Shown one piece after another: positions 56,507 to 64,000 of a stretch of DNA of 64,000 nucleotides (positions within the stretch are counted from its first letter, which is position 1; the number at the start of each line of letters is the position of its first letter). A model generated the notes under the pieces. It did not search any database and had not been told where the DNA came from. It was given only the letters and a program-made list of their open reading frames with translations. Origin of the DNA: Bdellovibrionales bacterium (GTDB lineage: Bacteria; Bdellovibrionota; Bdellovibrionia; Bdellovibrionales; UBA1609); contig CBDHDF010000002.1 in the NCBI GenBank assembly GCA_965261545.1, positions 224,001-288,000 of the forward strand, given 5' to 3'. The position numbers and the translations under genes were made by a program.

Positions 56507-56829
56507 AATGCAGGCGTTGTTTAGAAGTTCAGAAAAATATGAGGATATATGCCATTAATGAAATCCCTTATTATTGGGTGATAGACCCCATCGGTAGAAC
56601 TTTAGAAATTTTTGTTCTTCAAGATGAAGCCTATTTTTTTGGAAGACGTTTGACGCGCAAGAAAATTACGGAGAACGAACTTTTCCCCGATATTTGTTGT
56701 GTGCTTCGAGAGTGGGAATAACAACTTGATGAGCGGAAACTTATGGGCTATAAACTACTTAGGCTCACAGAAATGCATTAACAACATCCCTGGATTTGAT
56801 TTTGGTTTCACCAGGTTAGGAAGGCTACA

Positions 56830-58137
56830 TTGAAACTTTTAATCTTCTTTTTTTTGTGGACCTATAGTCTTTCGGCCCAAACTGTATCCACTGTTTATGG
56901 TTTAGGAATCCACCCTCTTGTAGAGATTTCTGATCAGGGTCAGACGCAGATCCAGATGCTTAATATTTTTGGTCCTGGAGGTCAGATTTTGGCTCAAGTA
57001 TCGAGCGGTAAGACACGCTATTTACTTGCAGACCATTGGCGCTCCACTCGGGTTATTTTCAAAGAAGACAATAGTCTATTAGGAAGCTTTGACTACACCC
57101 CTTACGGAGAGACGAATTCCACGGGAAATGTAGATTCAGTGCTGTATCGTTATACGGGCGAACCTGTGAATTTCGGACTTAGCGAACTCAGTAGCTACCA
57201 TTTCTACCAAAGAGAATACGATCCAAACATCCTCCGATTCACAAGTGTAGACTCAGTTAGGTACAATGAATCTCCTTATATCTACAGCAACAGCAATCCC
57301 ACTAATTTTATGGACCCCACGGGGGAACAGCCAACATACACCACCCTTTGGCTTTCTGGAAACCTTAAGGCGAGTCGAGTTTATGGCCAGGAGACGGCAT
57401 TCATAGATAGATATAATCATTCTTTAAGTTCCGGACATCCTGGTCATCCAAAAATCATGCATGAAGACCTTAGCTTAAATGGTGGTGAGGGTGTGAGAGG
57501 GAGCCATTTTTCTGATAGTCCTTTGGGAACAATTGTAGTCGCGGCCCATGCAAAGACCTCTCTCCTTAGAGATGCTCACCATGGGGTCAACATAGGTGAC
57601 AAAGAATCTGTCGATGCAGATAGCTTATTTGACCGTGTATTTAGTCGTGTCAAGGAAATAGACCCACTGGGAGTGGAACAGGTAGATAGTATTTCTTTGA
57701 TTTCATGTTTAGCAGGTTGTTCGTATTCGGAAAGATCCTCTTTTGCAGATCTCGTTTTCGCAGCAAATTTCAGTGGAGACAACAATTTTCCAAAGCTTGA
57801 TCGTGTAGTGAGTTCTCCCTACATGATGCAACCTCAACTTAAAAGTTCAGATGCAGATGTCATGCCTTTCAGATTCGTATCGCACATGAAGAAAAGTCAA
57901 CAAATGAATCTTTATTTTGAAGATAGAGTAGATGTCAAACTAGATTCTGCTCGATTTTTACGAGGGCATGGAGCCAGTGCCATCAATCATATAGATGAAT
58001 ACAAATATAGATATTATTATAGAACACCTAGCAGAGGAACAGTACGTCGTTTAGATAGAGATCCTCTCAATGAGCCAGACAGCTCTGGCAAGCTTTCTTT
58101 TCCTTCGTCCGTGCTGGGTGAGACTTTAGATTTATAG
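56830..58137 (+). CDS. Secreted mini-RHS core + His/Cys peptidase-like domain protein
   Basis: TTG start, signal MKLLIFFFLWTYSLSAQ, NPTNFMDPTG, VAAHA and LISCLAG. Confidence 0.85.
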   Translation: MKLLIFFFLWTYSLSAQTVSTVYGLGIHPLVEISDQGQTQIQMLNIFGPGGQILAQVSSGKTRYLLADHWRSTRVIFKEDNSLLGSFDYTPYGETNSTGNVDSVLYRYTGEPVNFGLSELSSYHFYQREYDPNILRFTSVDSVRYNESPYIYSNSNPTNFMDPTGEQPTYTTLWLSGNLKASRVYGQETAFIDRYNHSLSSGHPGHPKIMHEDLSLNGGEGVRGSHFSDSPLGTIVVAAHAKTSLLRDAHHGVNIGDKESVDADSLFDRVFSRVKEIDPLGVEQVDSISLISCLAGCSYSERSSFADLVFAANFSGDNNFPKLDRVVSSPYMMQPQLKSSDADVMPFRFVSHMKKSQQMNLYFEDRVDVKLDSARFLRGHGASAINHIDEYKYRYYYRTPSRGTVRRLDRDPLNEPDSSGKLSFPSSVLGETLDL

Positions 58138-58323
58138 CACACCTAAGAGGAACAACATTACGTCGTTTAGATACATATCCTCTCAATGAGCCTGAGCCAG
58201 ACAGCTCTGGCGAGCTTTCTTTTTCTTCGTCCGTGCTGGGTGAGACTTCACCCGAGTTTGACAGCAGCATATGTGTCAAAAGTGCTCACTCAAACCTATC
58301 GACCTTAACTTGAAAGACTGACA

Positions 58324-60748
58324 TTGCCGCCAAAGAAAACCTCAGAAAAAAGAAAACAACAGTCTCAGTCCCATAATGCTCTATTCAATGAAACTTTCCT
58401 GAATGAGAGATATTGCCTAGACATTTTCCATCTTGTCTTGACGACACAGGAGTTTAAGCTCTTTAACTGGAAAACTCTCAAACCAGAAATAACTGTCTTT
58501 ACAGATGAAGAGGGCAATGAGCGGCGTATTGACCTTTTATTCTCAGTTGAAGTCAAGGGGTCCAAAAAGCGGGTGCGTCTTTTTTTTCTGCTCGAACACA
58601 AAAGTCATCAGGATTCTCAAGTGCTCCAGAAGATTCTGAGATACCAGACTCTTGTTTACAATCGTTGGAATTACCCAGTCATTCCCATCCTGGTCCAATG
58701 CCGTTTCCTTAAGCCACCACACCCCTCTGCCTCTGCGTTAAGCTATTTCTTTTAAAAGAACTCCCAGCCCTTTTGATAGACCTTTCATAGCTTCTTTTGA
58801 AGTGCCTCCTCTTCTCCATTGAAATCTTCATCAGCAACTTTATCTGCTTCCTAAATTTCTGATAGAGCCCCGCAACAAAAAGAGGGATGCTATCCATTAT
58901 GAAATCAAGAATCAGTTTAAAGTTAGGTTTTTTGTAGTCATTTTTCACCAACTGATTCACACTGTCTTCATCCTCATTTATGCTCATTTGAATCTTTGTA
59001 TAATTGAAGAGCCAAAAATAAGAATACAGCTCTTGCAATATTCCATTAAGGCTTGTTGAGTGCCACTGCTCCATTTTCATTGTCGATGTAAAATCACGAA
59101 ATGTCGTTTCTATTTCCCAACGACGAGAGTAAAGAGCAACCATATCCTTCTTGTCCAAGGAGCCATGCGGAAGATTAGTGGCCAAAACAGAGAACTCCCC
59201 AGTCTTTGGGTTTTTATACTTATAGAGATGAATGACCACCCCCTCAATAACCATTCGTGAATACCAACCTGGGCCATTAAATAAATTTACAATGGGGATA
59301 AAAGTAGAGCCTCGCTTACAACGCGCAATAAAGAAGTTACTGGCTTGAGCATGGGCCTAATAATCTCTGTAGATAAATAAAGCCTATCGTAGAGAGTTAT
59401 GCTATTACTCTCAAAACTACCTATCATTTGAATAGCATTGGCGATTTCGTTGAGGGCGGGAGAATAGCAAAGATTCTTTGTCACACCCGATAAAACGTCA
59501 TAAGCATGAGATAGATACATACGTAAGAAATGAGTTTCCATCTCATTTGGGCAAGGGTACCCACAATAACCCTCCTTTAAAAGATCTTTAGAGCGAGGAA
59601 GTGCTAATTGGTCGCCATCTATGGCATAGATATAAAAACCATGAAACGTTTTTCTCAATGGTTCGTAGTCTGTAATCAGAGATTCAAAGATATTTTTAAA
59701 AAATAGGTAAGAAATACTTTGACGTATCTTGCTGAGACTGCTTTTGACTGGCATGAGAAGCAGGTCACCAAAATGAGTCCATACCGTCTTAAGAGCGATT
59801 TGGTAGCCTTCGTAATTTGTTCCGGAAATAAGATAGATAATGGTAAAAAAGAAAATTTGAGGATTAAATTTTCGATTCCTTTTTTGTTTTTCTGGATCGA
59901 CAAGGTGCTCTGGCTTGAAGGAAGAATCAAGTTTTGGTAGAATAAAATGGTCATCTGTGACGCGAACTCGTCATTTGGGGGCTTTCGAGATCAATATTGG
60001 ATTGCATGTGACTTACTCCTTGGTTGAGGGTTGGGTGTAAAATAAAACAAGTCTTATTCTTGTCGATTTATCTAATAATTTCAAGAGATTTTTCTTAAGG
60101 AAACGGCATTGCATCCTGGTCTATCATGGACGACAAAAGCACTGGAGGGGTCCCCTGAATTTTCAAGATTCTCTGGATGGGCTCACTCCCGTTTTAAGAC
60201 AAAAATTTGGGAAGAATATCCTCAATTTTCGTTGTAAGTTGTTGAATATCCATGATATAAACCTTTACCGTGGAGTTGGCAGGAATTTGCTTTCTAGACC
60301 GATTTTGCTTATAATGAGTAGTATCTGGAAACTTCGCCATGAGACCATTGTGGAGCTGTTTCAGATGGGTACAAACTTAGGTGAGAAGGATCAACAGTTC
60401 CTTATTCAAAAAGCAGTGGATTATATCCACCGAAACGATTCAGATTTTACTTTAAATGTACTCAGTAAGATTGAAAAAGAAAGTATCGAGGAGGATCAAA
60501 GAGTTATGTCAGCATTGCAATGTTCTTTGGATGAAGCTGAGGAAAAGGGAATGAGAAAGGGCCTCAAAGAGGTCCGCGAAGAGGTCCGCGAAGAGGGTCG
60601 TAAAGAGGGCCTCAAAGAGGTCCGTAAAGAGATAGCATTACGAATGATTCAACATGGCTTTGAGGTAGAAGCGATTTGTCTATGTACTAGACTCACTTCC
60701 AAAGACGTGGAAAAGCTGCGTACAAAAGTCAAAAACACAAAATCCTGA
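58324..60748 (+). pseudogene. Rpn (YhgA-like) gene interrupted by an IS4 element
   Basis: 58324-58695 plus 60122-60748 rebuild a paralog of 61528-62538. Confidence 0.92.
58696..60111 (-). mobile_element. IS4-family element with frameshifted transposase
   Basis: TIR CAATGCCGTTTCCTTAAG and 10-bp DR CATCCTGGTC. AIDGD, YDRLY and YSRRWEIE motifs. Confidence 0.92.
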
Positions 60749-60850
60749 GAAAAACTCTTTCCCGACACAACGACGAACCCAAAGAGGCAAGCTGCTCATG
60801 GGTAACATTCATGGGGGTAGCAGAGTTCAAGAGGTAAATGACTCCTTATC

Positions 60851-61450
60851 ATGAGTAAAGCAGAGAAAATAAAGACATATTCAAGTTTGTGGGAAGAATT
60901 GTGTGATTTACCAGCAAATGTTGTGGGTGAGATTTTTAACGATGAACTTGTGGTCTCTCCAAGGCCTGGTCCTAAGCATGCAGTAACTTCCTCTTCTCTT
61001 GTGGATGAACTCTTGAGTCCTTTTCAAAAGGGAAGAAATGGAGGTCCAGGAGGTTGGTGGATTATTGGTGAACCAGAGCTTCATTTCGAAAAACCTGTTC
61101 AAAAAAGAGAGAAGACCAATGTGATTGTACCTGACTTAGCAGGTTGGAAAAAAGATCGTCTCCCAAAGCTTCCAGAAACGGCTTATTTTGAGTTGCCTCC
61201 AGACTGGGTTTGTGAGGTTTTGTCTCCATCAACAGCTCGTTATGACAGGATTTCAAAGATGAGAATATATGCCGTTAATGAAATCCCTTATTATTGGGTG
61301 ATAGACCCCATTGGTCGCACTTTGGAGATTTTTGTTCTTCAAGATCAAATCTACCGAATGGAGATAGGTTTTACTGGAAGCGATGAGGTTTTAGCTCCGC
61401 CCTTTGAAGCGATCGGGTTAGATTTAGGGGCACTATGGGATTACGAATAA
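60851..61450 (+). CDS. Uma2-family endonuclease
   Basis: GEIFNDELVVSPRP, VPDLAGW, PDWVCEVLSPST and YWVIDP motifs. Confidence 0.92.
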   Translation: MSKAEKIKTYSSLWEELCDLPANVVGEIFNDELVVSPRPGPKHAVTSSSLVDELLSPFQKGRNGGPGGWWIIGEPELHFEKPVQKREKTNVIVPDLAGWKKDRLPKLPETAYFELPPDWVCEVLSPSTARYDRISKMRIYAVNEIPYYWVIDPIGRTLEIFVLQDQIYRMEIGFTGSDEVLAPPFEAIGLDLGALWDYE

Positions 61451-61527
61451 GCCGTCATTTGCCTAGAATGTTACCCATCAGCAGCTTGCCTCTTTGGGTT
61501 CGTCGCTGTGTCGGGAAAAAGTTTTTC

Positions 61528-62538
61528 TCAGGATTTTGTGTTTTTAACTTTTATACGCAGCTTTTCCACGTCTTTGGAAGTGAGCCTAGTACATAGACAA
61601 ATCGCTTCTATCTCAAAGCCATGTTGAATCATTCGTAATGCCATCTCTTCGCGACCCTTCTCGATACCCTTCTCGATACCCTTCTCAAGACCCTTTTCGA
61701 TACCCTTCTCGATACCCTTCTTAAGGCCCTTTCTCATTCCCTTTTCCTCAGCTTCATCCAAAGAACATTGCAATGCTGACATAACTCTTTGATCCTCCTC
61801 GATACTTTCTTTTTCAATCTTACTGAGTACGTTTAGAGTGAAATCTGAATCGTTTCGGTGGATATAATCCACCGCTTTTTGAATAAGGAACTTCTGATCC
61901 TTCTCACCTAAGTTTGTACCCATCTGAAACAACTCCACAATGGTCTCATGGCGGAGTTTCCAGATACTACTCATTATAAGCAAAATCGGCCTAGAAAGCA
62001 AATTCCTGCCAACTCCACGGTAAAGGTTTATATCATGGATATTCAACAACTTACAACGAAAATTGAGGATATTCTTCCCAAATTTTTGTCTTAAAACGGG
62101 AGTAAGTCCATCCAGAGAATCTTGAAAATTCAGGGGGCCTCTCCAGTGCTTTTGTCGTCCATGATAGACCAGTATGGGAATCACCGGATAATTCCAGCGA
62201 TTGTAAACAAGGGTCTGGTATCTCAGAATCTGCTGGAGAACTTGGGAATCCTGATGACTTTTGTGTTCGAGCAGAAAAAAAAGACGCACCCTTTTTTTGG
62301 ACCCCTTGACTTGAACTGAGAATAAAAGGTCAATACGCCGTTCATTGCCCTCTTCATCTGTAAAGACAGTTATTTCTGGTTTGAGAGTTTTCCAGTTAAA
62401 GAGCTTAAACTCCTGTGTCGTCAAGACAAGACGGAAAATGTCTAGGCAATATCTCTCATTCAGGAAAGTTTCATTGAATAGAGCATTATGGGCCTGAGAC
62501 TGTTGTTTTCTTTTTTCTGAGGTTTTCTTTGGCGGCAA
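61528..62538 (-). CDS. Rpn-family recombination-promoting nuclease (YhgA-like), intact
   Basis: HNALF, RIDLLFSV, LLEHKS and PVIPILVYHG motifs, with an EKGI repeat tail. Confidence 0.9.
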   Translation of the reverse strand: MPPKKTSEKRKQQSQAHNALFNETFLNERYCLDIFRLVLTTQEFKLFNWKTLKPEITVFTDEEGNERRIDLLFSVQVKGSKKRVRLFFLLEHKSHQDSQVLQQILRYQTLVYNRWNYPVIPILVYHGRQKHWRGPLNFQDSLDGLTPVLRQKFGKNILNFRCKLLNIHDINLYRGVGRNLLSRPILLIMSSIWKLRHETIVELFQMGTNLGEKDQKFLIQKAVDYIHRNDSDFTLNVLSKIEKESIEEDQRVMSALQCSLDEAEEKGMRKGLKKGIEKGIEKGLEKGIEKGIEKGREEMALRMIQHGFEIEAICLCTRLTSKDVEKLRIKVKNTKS

Positions 62539-62904
62539 TGTCAGTCTTTCAAGTTAAGAGGGTTTAAGATGGGGTGGTTTAAGAAGATTATGGACAAGTG
62601 TATGAGTAAATGAGCGGAGTTATCTGTCCATAAATCATCAAGACAAGATAAAAGGGGGTGGGTTCTCCGGTCAAGTCAAAAAGTAGATTTAGGGGGTTTG
62701 GAAAACTCCATTCATAGAGAATCAACTGCCAGAGTTGATTCTCTATGAATGCCTCTATCACACAATCCATCACCTAAATGCACCTTTATTTTACCACTTG
62801 AGCGAAAGATCAAGCCTAGCACCTTGCCTTTCCGCCCCGCTTAACTCATTTATATCATTTTGAGATGGCCCAGATCCCAAATGATAGTTGCTGGTGGGGC
62901 GGCT

Positions 62905-63090
62905 CTACTGGCTCTGGGGGGCGGTCCCTGGCGCTGATGGGGCGGCTTCTGGCGCAGGTGGTGTTGGTGGTGATGCTATTTGAACTTGAATCATTTCCTC
63001 ATTCAAATAATTAAAGTCATGGGGAAAACGAGTTTTGTGTGAAGGACTAAAAGAGAACTTGGCCCCTGCGAGATTAGCTTCTGTGAGACC
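62905..63090 (-). pseudogene. Pentapeptide-repeat protein C-terminal fragment with Pro/Ala tail
   Basis: LTEANLAGAKF...KTRFP resembles the end of 1662-2381. Confidence 0.6.
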
Positions 63091-63110
63091 AGTAGTTTGC
63101 CCGCCCACAA

Positions 63111-63250
63111 ATGGCCTGGTTTAACCCGCCCATCGGGGCATCTAAGGATGGCATTGCTCCCCCGAAGAATCGTGAGAATCGGATGGTTCCCATCAATGAT
63201 GACTTGAGTGCTTTCCTCAAAGGCTTAAGAGCTAAACAAGAAAGCTATTC
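63111..63250 (+). pseudogene. Possible tyrosine-recombinase fragment
   Basis: PPKNRENRMVPINDDL resembles the integrase catalytic-Lys hairpin. Confidence 0.4.
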
Positions 63251-63304
63251 TCAAAGCCTAAGGAGTGGCTCAAAAAGTAGAAGTTCAGTGGTGACGACAC
63301 TTTC

Positions 63305-63988
63305 TTACTGACCACGAAATCTTATTAGCGCCCTGTTAGCATTTGACAACGGCGACCCATTGATACAGATCGCACCAGATGCGGCGCAATCCGTCGTGGC
63401 AGGTAAAATCACCTGCATTTCACCGCGGCTCGACGGCATCACTGTGATCACCCAATGTTGATTCGAAGAACGCTTCAGACGCTGTGCATAGGCCACCCTG
63501 CCGCCCACCACCGTAAACGACACATCACGCAGTGTCCTGTAACTCAAATCCGTCACATTCTCGCTAAAATTCAAATTAAAACGCACCGCAGCCGTCCCAT
63601 TGTGATCCGCTGGAACCTTGCTGAAGGATGCCTTCAAGACAGAAGAACTCGATGTTGATGCTTGAACTCCAGGAACAACATGCCTCAAAATACTTGTTAA
63701 CATCCGACCATCAGTACTGCAGATGCCCCCTCTTGCGGTGCAATCTGTGGTCGCAGACAACTCGATCTCTACACTACGATTCGAATATGGCCGAACCTGG
63801 ATACTCCAACGCTCGTTACTTCCACCCACCACACGCCGTGCTCCTTCCACACGGCCGTGCTTCACCAAAAAGGCGCTTGAGGCCAAGGTTTTATAGCTGA
63901 GACCAGACACATCCTCACTGAAGGTGAGCGTGAAGGAGAAAGATTGCCAATTGTGAAACGATGGGAAGTCAGACATTGTTGCCGTCAA
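63305..63988 (-). pseudogene. C-terminal fragment of a surface protein with two tandem Ig-like repeats
   Basis: Two copies of FSE(D/N)V..LSY.TL...W.I.V.P...ATTDC.A.G.IC. Higher GC than the flanks, and cut by IS-like end CAATGCAGGCG at 63986. Confidence 0.7.
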
Positions 63989-64000
63989 TGCAGGCGGTGT

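Noticed and set aside
58024..58248. DGR variable/template repeat pair at the RHS C-terminus
   Set aside because: Differences include G/C, G/T, C/T changes and indels rather than adenine-specific changes, and the only RT here is group II intron type.

Overview
An AT-rich bacterial window dominated by mobile DNA. It holds IS256, IS1634 (three lineages), IS4 (several lineages, one with a DUF4338/DruA-like fusion), IS66, IS21, IS3 and ISNCY-like elements, MITEs and group II introns, often nested. Few ordinary host genes remain: hflK/hflC, a SIMPL protein, an LTA-synthase/sulfatase-like protein, a beta-barrel-like protein and an ald fragment. Pentapeptide, BspA-like, Rpn and Ig-like repeat genes suggest a host-associated organism in IS expansion (inference). 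Most notable: (1) four paralogous 'mini-RHS' proteins, three with signal peptides, lacking the YD shell and carrying a His/Cys (C80/caspase-like) C-terminal domain with no immunity genes; (2) a ~625-nt ORF-less group II intron at two unrelated sites with matching EBS1/IBS1; (3) two 90-bp IS4-type MITEs bracketing a GC-rich foreign gene; (4) an inverted Rpn-Uma2-Rpn cassette with internal RpnS-like starts; (5) IS1634 insertions with 227- and 241-bp target duplications; (6) a Chlamydia AaxB-like arginine decarboxylase with a signal peptide; (7) a small defence cluster (truncated CD-NTase, AbiE-like pair, PD-(D/E)XK nuclease). Family names come from motif recognition by eye; no searches were run.
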